A DNA stretch of 64,000 bases from Promethearchaeota archaeon. Its GTDB lineage: Archaea; Asgardarchaeota; Lokiarchaeia; Sigyniarchaeales; SOKP01. Numbering within the stretch: the first letter of the stretch is position 1; each line of letters opens with the position of its first letter. The stretch lies in contig JBHLOC010000025.1 of the NCBI GenBank assembly GCA_048940925.1, forward strand, positions 10,907 to 74,906, written 5' to 3'. This document shows positions 29,556 to 39,186 of this stretch, in pieces. A program made the translations under genes and the position numbers. The notes beneath the pieces are model-generated. The model saw only the letters and a program-made list of their open reading frames with translations. It did no database searches and had not been told where the DNA came from.

Positions 29556-31205
29556 ATGCGAAATTCAAAATTAAAGGTTTTAATTGCTCAAATTAATCCT
29601 ATTGTAGGAGATATTAACCATAACGCAAAAAAAATAATTGATATTATAAGAGACAATCAGGATTGTGATATTATAGTTTTTCCTGAAATGGCACTTGTTG
29701 GCTATCCAATTATGGATCATATTTATGATCCAGTGATCAAAAATAGAAATCTTGATGCTATTAGAAAAATCAAGCAAACCAAAACGCAGGCAACAATAAT
29801 TTTAGGAACTTTTACAGAACCAGAAAATTTAAAGGGAAAAATCCAGCGGTTTTATAATTCTGCTGTTATAATCGAAAATAATGAAATAAAAGCTTACGTC
29901 AATAAACGCTTATTACCAAATTATGATATATTTGATGAGAGAAGATATTTTTCATTTGATGATAAATACGAACCTTTGGAACTCAAGGGATATAAAGTAG
30001 GAATATTAATATGTGAAGATATATGGGATGAGCATTATGATATAAAAGTAGCAAGGAATTTAGTTTCTAATGGTGCTGAAATTTTAATCGTTATAAATGC
30101 TTCTCCGTATCACATAAATAAGTTTAGGTTAAGAAGTGATTTAGTTAAGGAGAAATCTAACAGTCTTTCAGTCCCTGTCATATATGTAAATATGGTGGGT
30201 GGTCTTGATGAAATAGTATATGATGGTCAAAGTTTTATAACAAATAAGTTTGGTCAGATAATTTTTAAAGCAAAAGCATTTGAAGAAGATATCTGCTCAT
30301 TTGAAGTCCCTATGAAAGATAATGAGCTAATTAAAGAAAAAGATTATACAATTGAATGGAGAGATGAAGCGATAAATGCTCTAACATTAAATTTATATGA
30401 TTATTATTATAAAAGTGGAATTTTTGATGGTGTCGTTTTAGGGCTAAGTGGAGGGATTGATTCAGCTTTTACTGCTTATATTTGTGATAAAGCTCTTGGT
30501 TCAGATAAAGTAACAGCTATTATGATGCCCACAAAATTTACTTCAAAAGAAAGTATTAATCTTGCCCGCAACTTATGTGAGAATTTAAACCTTAAGTATA
30601 TAATCCATCCTATTGATGAATTATTTGATGTTTATGAGACTAATTTAGAAAAAAATCTAGGAAATTTACCTTTTGATATAGCAGATGAGAATCTACAAGC
30701 AAGAATTAGAGCAAATGTTTTGATGTATTATTCAAATAAATTCAATTGGTTATTAGTTTCCACTGGTAATAAATCCGAGATTGGAGTAGGTTATTGTACT
30801 TTATATGGTGATACATGCGGAGGGAAAAATGTTCCTGGAGATCTTTTAAAAGTTCAAATATATGAAATCTGTAATTGGATTAATAAAGAGAAAGAAATAA
30901 TTCCTAAAGGGATTATTGAAAGACCTCCAACTGCAGAATTACGAGAAAATCAAAAAGATAGTGATTCATTACCTACTTATGAAATCCTTGATGTAATATT
31001 AGAGGAAATAATTGAGAATGGAATTGGTTCTGAATTTACAAATTTGAAAAGTAAGGGTTATGATATTAATATAATCAATAAGGTAAGAAACCTTTATTTA
31101 AATTCAGAATATAAACGCAGACAATTAGTTCAAACAATTAAAGTGAGTGAAAGTGCTTTTGGAATCGGGAGGAGATATCCTGTATTAAAAAAAATAAAAT
31201 TCTAA
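29556..31205 (+). CDS. nadE: Glutamine-dependent NAD+ synthetase
   Basis: Nitrilase domain (FPE, KRLLPNYDIFDE, ICEDIW) plus synthetase domain (SGGIDS, ENLQARIR, TGNKSE, PPTAEL). Confidence 0.95.
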   Translation: MRNSKLKVLIAQINPIVGDINHNAKKIIDIIRDNQDCDIIVFPEMALVGYPIMDHIYDPVIKNRNLDAIRKIKQTKTQATIILGTFTEPENLKGKIQRFYNSAVIIENNEIKAYVNKRLLPNYDIFDERRYFSFDDKYEPLELKGYKVGILICEDIWDEHYDIKVARNLVSNGAEILIVINASPYHINKFRLRSDLVKEKSNSLSVPVIYVNMVGGLDEIVYDGQSFITNKFGQIIFKAKAFEEDICSFEVPMKDNELIKEKDYTIEWRDEAINALTLNLYDYYYKSGIFDGVVLGLSGGIDSAFTAYICDKALGSDKVTAIMMPTKFTSKESINLARNLCENLNLKYIIHPIDELFDVYETNLEKNLGNLPFDIADENLQARIRANVLMYYSNKFNWLLVSTGNKSEIGVGYCTLYGDTCGGKNVPGDLLKVQIYEICNWINKEKEIIPKGIIERPPTAELRENQKDSDSLPTYEILDVILEEIIENGIGSEFTNLKSKGYDINIINKVRNLYLNSEYKRRQLVQTIKVSESAFGIGRRYPVLKKIKF

Positions 31206-31381
31206 CGAATAAGTAAATAATCATCATAATTACTTTGAAGAAAATGATGTTTTACTTGGTTATATGAGGAAATGGAAGAGAATTGAAGATAATATTCATT
31301 TTCACAATATTTATATAATATTTTTACACTAGTATATTGAATATTTTTATTAGTTTGATATGATAATCTTAAGGGTGATTT

Positions 31382-33187
31382 TTGATTTCAAGTGTAAAAG
31401 AAAGTTATAGAAACATAAAGGAAAAGTATATGAGTATAAATGAATTTCACAGGAATATAATTTTAACAATTTTTATTGCTATTATCTGTTTATTTGTTGG
31501 ATTATATATAATTTTTGTATTTACTCGTCTGTTACCTGTAGATCCTGTGGCTTCTTATTTAGCTGCTAGGGGGATACATAATCCTGCAGAAGGAGCTTAT
31601 CAACAAATGAAATGTCAGTTAGGGTTTTGTGATTCTATAACAGTACAATATTTTAAATATATTAGCGATTTTTTTACAGGTAATTGGAGGATATCAGTTT
31701 CTTTATATTCTGGGACAAAAGTTACTGATATATTTGGAGAAACAATTCCAAAAACATTGGGATTAATTTCATTACCGTTGATAATAGGAGGAGGATTCGG
31801 ATTTTTCCTAGGAAGGATTTCATCAAGAAACAGAGGTACAGGGAAAGATAAAATTATTCAAGTATTTAGCATTTTAGGAATATCACTTCCTATATTTTTC
31901 CTTTGCGGAATATTTCAATATGCTCTATGTTATGAGTTAAAGATATGTGAACCTACAGGAATTTCAGCGTTACCTATAGAAATCTTAACTTTCACCCTAA
32001 CAGCATTTATTACTTGGCAAGTTCGCTCCTATTTGACTAATAAATCATATGAAAAATCGCTACTTTTAAATACAATTAAAACAGGAATAAGTTTTAGTTA
32101 TATCTTTATGTTTTGGTTATTAGTAGAAGTTACTTTTAACATATATGGATTTGGTACAATTTTAATATATGCAATTTCGCAGTATGATTATTTTCTTATA
32201 AGGGGAAGTTTGTTCTTAATAATTATAATGTTTGTTATAGTTACAATAAGTTCTAATTTGATCTTCAGCATCTATATGTCTCGAAGAAGTAAATCCTTTG
32301 AATATAATACAGAACCGAAATTTGATGATACAACAGACAAAGGAGAGAATAGTATTGAAAGCAATCCTGAAGAGAATATAAAAGAGTTTTTACGACGTAG
32401 ATTGAAATCTCCTTTCTTTATCCTTGGTGCAATTTTAATAATATTTTTTATTTTTATTGCAATATTCCCTCAATTGATGACACAATATTCTTTATCAGAG
32501 ACTTTAAATCCTTCTTCTGATTTATGGAACCCTCCATCTTCAGAACACCCTTTGGGGCAAACAGTATCAGGACTAGATGTATATGCATTAATAATTTGGG
32601 GTATACATGATTCAATAATAGTAGGTTTTTTAGCCGTTCTTATAGGTTTGATAGGGGGAAGTATATTCGGATTTATTGCTGGAAAATTTAATCGATGGGG
32701 ATATAGGATAATTATGGGGCTCATGATATTTTTCTATATTTTTCCAGGAATAGTTCTTGTTATACTGTTAATAGATTCTAGTCTACTTTTCTATGGACCT
32801 TTCTATTGGTATGGGTCATTGTTTATTGGGATTTTATTAATTCCTAATTTCACGAGAGTAATTGCTAATGCAATTTCAGGGGAAATTAATATACATAAAA
32901 TAAGTAAAGCTGTAATTAGTCAAATCCCGTTAAATTTCGCTATATTTATCGTAATTTATACCACAGTAGGGTTTTTAGGATTATACACATTATATTCTGT
33001 TTTAGAGCTACAAAATCAGCCAATCCAATTAGGAAGTATTGTTAATATGGGAAGTCAAATACTTCCTGATGCGCCATGGGCTAGTTTCTGGCCAGGACTT
33101 ACAATTTTTGGTATAGTTCTGAGTTTTCTTCTTTTTCATGTTGGATTACAGGATTACCAATCGAAGAATCGAATTAAAATTGAATAA
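31382..33187 (+). CDS. Fused DppB-DppC-like permease, both EAA loops apparently absent
   Basis: The N-half matches the DppB at 18906 (GIHNPA.G.YQQMKCQLG.CD). The C-half has the DppC motifs PPSSEHPLG and APWASFWPG. Confidence 0.78.
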   Translation: MISSVKESYRNIKEKYMSINEFHRNIILTIFIAIICLFVGLYIIFVFTRLLPVDPVASYLAARGIHNPAEGAYQQMKCQLGFCDSITVQYFKYISDFFTGNWRISVSLYSGTKVTDIFGETIPKTLGLISLPLIIGGGFGFFLGRISSRNRGTGKDKIIQVFSILGISLPIFFLCGIFQYALCYELKICEPTGISALPIEILTFTLTAFITWQVRSYLTNKSYEKSLLLNTIKTGISFSYIFMFWLLVEVTFNIYGFGTILIYAISQYDYFLIRGSLFLIIIMFVIVTISSNLIFSIYMSRRSKSFEYNTEPKFDDTTDKGENSIESNPEENIKEFLRRRLKSPFFILGAILIIFFIFIAIFPQLMTQYSLSETLNPSSDLWNPPSSEHPLGQTVSGLDVYALIIWGIHDSIIVGFLAVLIGLIGGSIFGFIAGKFNRWGYRIIMGLMIFFYIFPGIVLVILLIDSSLLFYGPFYWYGSLFIGILLIPNFTRVIANAISGEINIHKISKAVISQIPLNFAIFIVIYTTVGFLGLYTLYSVLELQNQPIQLGSIVNMGSQILPDAPWASFWPGLTIFGIVLSFLLFHVGLQDYQSKNRIKIE

Positions 33188-33196
33188 AAAGATTGG

Positions 33197-33448
33197 CTAG
33201 AATAAGTCTGGGTGCATTTTTTCGATATTTTCCATAGCTTCAGTAAATAAAGTCTGTAATATCATATTATCATAAACATAGATATTTTCTATTATATAAT
33301 CTAAAATGTCATTAGCTATTCTCTTATCTTTGTTAGTATAGTTTTCCATTTTAGATTTAAATAAGATATTAAATTCTTCTTTCAGCCAATCTAATTCCCC
33401 TCTTAGATCTTCTTCTAAGATTTCATAATACTTAACGCTAATTTTCAT
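33197..33448 (-). CDS. Small acidic helical hypothetical protein
   Basis: 83-aa ORF with a GAGGT SD upstream of the ATG. Confidence 0.6.
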   Translation of the reverse strand: MKISVKYYEILEEDLRGELDWLKEEFNILFKSKMENYTNKDKRIANDILDYIIENIYVYDNMILQTLFTEAMENIEKMHPDLF

Positions 33449-33724
33449 AAATATACCTCAACCTTATAATCTTTTTATAAATCTCCTTTTCTGTTATATA
33501 AAATAAATTGAAAATGCTATAAATAATTTATAGAGACCAGTTTTTATATAACAAATCCCCATATCATCTAATAAGAATTAAAATAATTAAACCCCCAAAA
33601 ATATCAATTTTGATAAGGTAATTTTTACAATAGAGTTCAATTTTAATATATAAGTTTTTAAAAAATGACGTTTAATTTGTGTTATCTTAAAGAATTTATA
33701 AAAATAGAAGAGAGTTGAAAATAA

Positions 33725-34252
33725 ATGGGAGGTAAATGGATAGGTATTTTTCCTGTTATATGTGTAGTGTTATTGATTGTCTCTTTGTTTTTACCAATAA
33801 TGGGTTTAAGTATTTTTAGTTCTGGAGTCATAGATCCCGCTATAACTGGAAATATTATGCCTTTTGGAGGAGGATTATTGAATGAGCTTGACCCTTATGT
33901 TGCTACAGTTCCTGAAGCTGGTGAACTTCAAACAGCTTTTTTCTGGGTGGGAATTGTCTTTGCGGTTTTTTTTGGTCTTGATGCTTTATTCCTATTTATT
34001 AATGGGATTAGAGTTATGACTGGAAGCAAAGAACTTAAAAAGGCAAGAAAAAGATGGTTGATGGGGGGTTTATCCAGGATTATCAGTCAAGTTATATTAA
34101 TCGCATTATTATTGTTTCTTATTCCAGATCTTATAGCTGATAATTACCCTGGAGTTGAATTGACTTTTACTATTGGGTTAGGAATGATTATGGTAATGGT
34201 TGTAGGTGGAGTTTTGATTTTCGCATGGATTCTTGCTAAAATTGCTGATTAA
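33725..34252 (+). CDS. Hypothetical 4-TM membrane protein
   Basis: Four hydrophobic segments, with a basic cytoplasmic loop KELKKARKRW. Confidence 0.7.
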   Translation: MGGKWIGIFPVICVVLLIVSLFLPIMGLSIFSSGVIDPAITGNIMPFGGGLLNELDPYVATVPEAGELQTAFFWVGIVFAVFFGLDALFLFINGIRVMTGSKELKKARKRWLMGGLSRIISQVILIALLLFLIPDLIADNYPGVELTFTIGLGMIMVMVVGGVLIFAWILAKIAD

Positions 34253-34327
34253 ATATATAATATTTCTCTAATTTTTTTTGGGTTTTAATTAGTATCAGAT
34301 CTCTGTTTTTCCTTATCCATTGACAAA

Positions 34328-36076
34328 TTATAAATTTTTTAAAACTCCTGACATATGCGCCCAACTGTTACCCCAATTTTCCCAACCTCGTGAATCAGAA
34401 TTCCATACATCAATTTCAAAACCGGAAAATAACCAAGCTACGGGGTAAAGTTCTTCAATAAGACGTTCTTGAATTTTATAATATAATTCTTTTCTTACCG
34501 TTTCATCAGTTTCCACCAAAGCCTTGTCAATCCATTGTTGGACAACTGTGTCATTAGTATGTTGATCATTAACAAACCCATCGCTTTTACTTGAAAATAG
34601 GGGATTTATGTTGGTACTAGGATCATTAAAATCTGGACTCCAATACCTAGACCACCACAATGCATCTGATGTGGAATTCACAATAAAATCATCTCTTGTC
34701 CTAGGAATGCGGTCTATATGTATTCCAATCTGTTTGAGATTTTCTTTGACCACCAGTGTAAGATTTGCTGTGTACCACCCAGCTCCTGGCATACCAAAGA
34801 GATAGGAAATATTGTATGTTTCAAGTGGATTGGTACTACTTGCTATTGCTTCCCACTCATTTCCAGAAGTGATATTATCATTAGCACTGAGACCTGCCGT
34901 TCCAGGCCACTTAGCGTCTATAAGAATTTGTCTTGCTTTTGAAACGTTGTAAAAAGGTACATCAAAAGCAGTCCAGTTAGCATAAAGCAATCCTTTTGAG
35001 ATTGGCGACATTAACCTTGGTACTGATATATTTTTCGGATAAGAATATTTTTCAAAAATGGAAGTATAATTTAAAGCATATGAAATTGCTTTCCTCATAG
35101 TAACATTTATTCGATTATTATCCATTCCAAGGTATTCGATAGATGTGACTTCACGTATATTGAAAATAATATTTGGATCCCTGCTATAATTTTCAAGATA
35201 TAAAATCCTACCTGGAGGAGAGATCATAGCAAAATGAGTTTCTCCATATAAGATTCGTTCACTACAGTTTTCCATGGATTCAGTTGAGCTAAAGTCCGTA
35301 TATAAGAATACAAATCTTTCAATTCTAGGCTCAGGTATGCCCCAATATTTATGATTAGCAATTATCGTAGTATTTTTATATCGTATATTGGATTCAAATT
35401 TATAAGGTCCTGTTCCAATTAATTTTTCATTATCATTAAGGAATCTATTAGCAGGAGTTGATGCGGGTGATAAAATATGGGCTGATAAATGGGTTAATAG
35501 TGCCCTAAATGGAACGTAGGGCCTATTCAACACAAATCTTACAGTGTAATCGTCCAAAACTAGAGTTTTATTAAGAATAGGTATACCATCTGCATGATAC
35601 CATATATAAGAATACCCATGAGGAAAAGTCATATTAGGCAATAATCGAAGTAGTCTATCAAAATTCCACTTGACTGCTGTGGCGTTAAATGGTGTACCAT
35701 CATGAAATTTAATCCCCTTTCTAAGAGGACAGGTAAAATTTAGACTATCCTTGCTCCATTCCCCTTTTAATGCCAAGTATGGAACATTATCATAATAGTT
35801 ACCGGTCCATTTTTCGTTAAATAATGGCTCAACAATTTGACTTGGCACGAGATCTTGATCAATGTAATATGGATTGAGAGAGTCAATACTTTCCAAACCT
35901 CCAAAACACCCAAAAATGAAAGTTTTCTCCTCGCTTTGACCCAATAAAAACACAACACCACCAACTATTCCTGCGATTGCTACAGCTCCAATTAATCCTC
36001 CGACCACGATAATTTTATGTTCAGCAAAAATCTTCTTCAATTTAGGAAATTTCTTCTTATCTTTAGGTTTTCCTAT
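34328..36076 (-). CDS. ABC transporter substrate-binding protein, family 5 (DppA/OppA-like), N-terminally anchored
   Basis: LRKGIKFHDGTPFNATAVKWNFDR, IGTGPYK, RKAISYA and WSPDFNDP. The ORF track starts at TTG 36040; an in-frame ATA at 36076 follows a GAGGGTG SD. Confidence 0.88.
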   Translation of the reverse strand: MGKPKDKKKFPKLKKIFAEHKIIVVGGLIGAVAIAGIVGGVVFLLGQSEEKTFIFGCFGGLESIDSLNPYYIDQDLVPSQIVEPLFNEKWTGNYYDNVPYLALKGEWSKDSLNFTCPLRKGIKFHDGTPFNATAVKWNFDRLLRLLPNMTFPHGYSYIWYHADGIPILNKTLVLDDYTVRFVLNRPYVPFRALLTHLSAHILSPASTPANRFLNDNEKLIGTGPYKFESNIRYKNTTIIANHKYWGIPEPRIERFVFLYTDFSSTESMENCSERILYGETHFAMISPPGRILYLENYSRDPNIIFNIREVTSIEYLGMDNNRINVTMRKAISYALNYTSIFEKYSYPKNISVPRLMSPISKGLLYANWTAFDVPFYNVSKARQILIDAKWPGTAGLSANDNITSGNEWEAIASSTNPLETYNISYLFGMPGAGWYTANLTLVVKENLKQIGIHIDRIPRTRDDFIVNSTSDALWWSRYWSPDFNDPSTNINPLFSSKSDGFVNDQHTNDTVVQQWIDKALVETDETVRKELYYKIQERLIEELYPVAWLFSGFEIDVWNSDSRGWENWGNSWAHMSGVLKNL

Positions 36077-36284
36077 TTCATTTTCACCCTCAAAATTAAT
36101 TTAAAAAATATATGGTATCTATATTGAATTTTAATATAAGTAATAATTCATTAATTGAATTATCGAGTTATTAAATCTTACGATCATATAAAAAATAACG
36201 TAAGGTTGAGATATTACTTCAATTAAAAGTATCTCTTATCTAAATAAGTGAAATATTACAAAATTTAGGGATGTGATTTGTACC

Positions 36285-37280
36285 ATGGTGAACAAAAGAA
36301 TAGTAGCAATTATTCTTGTACTTATTTTTGGTTTTAGTATGACTATCTCTATTCCTATTATTATTCTTTCAGCTGGTTTCTCACCTTTAGTTACAATTGT
36401 GGAAACAATTAGATTTGAAGATACAAAATATAACTCTTCTGCTGTTGAAGAATTAAATCTTATTGCAGACGTAGGGAATATTAAAATCCAATATATTACT
36501 TTGCCAGTTGAATATTGCGCAATGATAGAAGTTAATTTTGACATGGTTGGGTATAACCTCTTTGGTAGAACTTCTTCTTATTATTTCAATTTTCCTGAAA
36601 ATAAGAGCTTTAATAATTTATTCAATTTAGAACTACAATCAGACACAGATTGGTTTGATACTTCAAAATGGATTAAGCAAAATGTAAGTATTGTTGTGTC
36701 TATTAATTCAAACATCCTATTTAATATTAATACGACTATAAGGGAAGAGGGGGATGTTAATATCTATGTCTCAGGCGGAACTATTATCAATAATATTGAT
36801 GTAAACATTAAAACAGGTGACATTGTATATGATTTAATTTTTTGTTCAATGAGAGGAAATATTATTGGAAATGTTGATTCAGGGGATATTACTTTAAAGG
36901 CTAATAATGTTAAATACACTCAAAATAATATATGGAATTTAACTAATAATAAAGGTAAAATTGCTCTTGATATAATTCAAACTAGGCTTATGGGTGCTAA
37001 TTTGACGGGTACAGGAGAATCAAATTCAGGAAAAATAATCTTAAAATATCGGGATTATTCATCTGATATTGGAGCAATATTCAAATTTTACAATTCTTCG
37101 GAGGTTGATTGGCATACTTTAGATAATGTTTGGAGAGATTTTAACGGACCAATTCCTCTTGGGCATAACGGGGCGATATTTAAATCCTATGATTTTCCAA
37201 ACAATTTTAACTATGATTTTTCCTTTTTTATAGCATATTCAAATCCCAAAAAATATAAGATAAACCTTACCAGTGTTTAA
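36285..37280 (+). CDS. Membrane-anchored Asn-rich beta-repeat protein (adhesin/DUF4097-like)
   Basis: N-terminal TM followed by repeated G(D/N)(I/V) beta motifs (GNIKI, GDVNI, GDIVY, GDITL, GKIAL, GKIIL). Confidence 0.55.
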   Translation: MVNKRIVAIILVLIFGFSMTISIPIIILSAGFSPLVTIVETIRFEDTKYNSSAVEELNLIADVGNIKIQYITLPVEYCAMIEVNFDMVGYNLFGRTSSYYFNFPENKSFNNLFNLELQSDTDWFDTSKWIKQNVSIVVSINSNILFNINTTIREEGDVNIYVSGGTIINNIDVNIKTGDIVYDLIFCSMRGNIIGNVDSGDITLKANNVKYTQNNIWNLTNNKGKIALDIIQTRLMGANLTGTGESNSGKIILKYRDYSSDIGAIFKFYNSSEVDWHTLDNVWRDFNGPIPLGHNGAIFKSYDFPNNFNYDFSFFIAYSNPKKYKINLTSV

Positions 37281-37373
37281 AAAAAATATAATCTTATTTT
37301 ATTATATTATTTACTTGTCATAAGAATATTTAATAAGTCTATTTAGGTTCTAAAAAGCTAATTTATTATTATA

Positions 37374-39182
37374 TTAAACAATCTCTTTCATTTTTTCAAT
37401 ATATTCTAAAGATTGATGACGAAAATAAATATTATAGAGGTCAGCATACGTCCCTTCCTTAGCCATTAATTCATCATGATTGCCTTCTTCTGCAATGTGC
37501 CCATGATCCAACACAATTATTCTATCTACATGACGCACAGTCCAGAGCCTATGAGCTATTATAATTGATGTGCGTCCTTCAATCGTTTTTTGTAACGCAT
37601 CTTGGATGCGAGTTTCTGTGAAAGGATCAACTGAAGCAGTAGCTTCATCTAAGATAAGAATAGCAGGATCTTCTAATAGAACTCGAGCAAAAACTACTAA
37701 TTGTCGTTGACCCATTGAAAGGTGACTACCTCTTTCACCAACGTCTGTTTCTAATCCCTTTGGTAGATCTTCAATCCAATCAGAACCACTAGTTACATTT
37801 AATGAATTATAAACATCTTCTTTTTGTGCATCTCTACAACAATATTTTATATTATTGTCGATTGAATCTGCAAAAAGGAATGGTGTTTGAGGTATAATAC
37901 CAATTTGTTTACGGTATTCTTTAAGATCATAGTTTCTGATGCTTATACCATCTATTAAAATATCGCCTCCTTGAAATTCATAAAATCTTGCTAAAAGTTT
38001 TGCTAAACTAGACTTTCCAGCACCAGTATGCCCAACGATTGCTATTGATTCTCCTGATTTAATTGATAGATTAAAGTTATTAAAAACATTTTTATTTTTT
38101 TCATAGTGGAATGTTAAGTTTCTAATTTCTATATTTCCTTTTAATCTAGTAGGCTTAATATTATCATGTTGAATTACTAATGGTTGGGCATCTACTAAAG
38201 CAAAAATACGCTCAGATGCCGCCATTCCAGCTTGAAATGTAGGCCAAAATGCAGCAATCGATAATAAAGGAAAAAATAAATAATTTAAGCCTTGGAGAAA
38301 TAAATTTAGGTCTCCAGCACTTATCGTTCCTCCTAAAACACCACTACCTCCAAAAAATACTAATAAAGTTATAACAATTCCTTGTATGATTCCTAAGGCT
38401 GGGAAGATGGCATTTAATATAAACGCTCTTCTTAAATTGACCTTATAAGAAGTGTCATTTACATTATTGAACTTTTCATATAATTTTTCTTCCTGACGAA
38501 AGGTTTTTGCTATTTGAATACCAGAGAAGCTTTCTTTAACAAAATCATTAACAGAAGCAAGAGCTCTTTGACCCAATAAAGTCTTATTTCTAGCTATTTT
38601 TCGAAATGATAATGCTAGTAAAACAAATATTGGAATTGCAATGATTATTGCTGATGTTAATATAATATTTATAAAGAACATAAAAATAAGTAAAAAGAAG
38701 AGAATCAAGATTGAAGATATTAATTGAATAGACAAATCGACAGTTGTTCCGAAAGTTTCACTATCTGAATTTACTCGACTAACTATTTTACCTGTTGGAT
38801 TTCTGTCAAAAAAAGTAAGGTCATGATTTAAAACTGCATCTGCTGCATCTTTTCTCAGATCTAAAACAACACCGCCTATAACTCGAAAAGCATATCGTTG
38901 TTGAAAATAATTAAAAACCCAACTTAATAAATTAAAAATAAGAATAAGAATAATGATTAAGAATATATAGAAAATATTCCTGTTCGCCTCTAAATTATTA
39001 ATAATTATACTAGTTAGAACTGGGACAACGGCAGAAGTAATAGATGCGATGGTTATAAAAAAAATAACTATCGTCATTGATCGCTTAAATGGACGGAAAT
39101 AAGATAAAATACGCTTTAATAAAACCCTATCAGAAATTTCACGATCATATTCTTCAGCTTCTAAATCCCACCCATATGCCAA
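37374..39182 (-). CDS. ABC exporter half-transporter (TMD+NBD), MdlB-like
   Basis: GHTGAGKS, LSMGQRQ, ILDEAT and IAHRL. Confidence 0.92.
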   Translation of the reverse strand: MAYGWDLEAEEYDREISDRVLLKRILSYFRPFKRSMTIVIFFITIASITSAVVPVLTSIIINNLEANRNIFYIFLIIILILIFNLLSWVFNYFQQRYAFRVIGGVVLDLRKDAADAVLNHDLTFFDRNPTGKIVSRVNSDSETFGTTVDLSIQLISSILILFFLLIFMFFINIILTSAIIIAIPIFVLLALSFRKIARNKTLLGQRALASVNDFVKESFSGIQIAKTFRQEEKLYEKFNNVNDTSYKVNLRRAFILNAIFPALGIIQGIVITLLVFFGGSGVLGGTISAGDLNLFLQGLNYLFFPLLSIAAFWPTFQAGMAASERIFALVDAQPLVIQHDNIKPTRLKGNIEIRNLTFHYEKNKNVFNNFNLSIKSGESIAIVGHTGAGKSSLAKLLARFYEFQGGDILIDGISIRNYDLKEYRKQIGIIPQTPFLFADSIDNNIKYCCRDAQKEDVYNSLNVTSGSDWIEDLPKGLETDVGERGSHLSMGQRQLVVFARVLLEDPAILILDEATASVDPFTETRIQDALQKTIEGRTSIIIAHRLWTVRHVDRIIVLDHGHIAEEGNHDELMAKEGTYADLYNIYFRHQSLEYIEKMKEIV

Positions 39183-39186
39183 TTTT

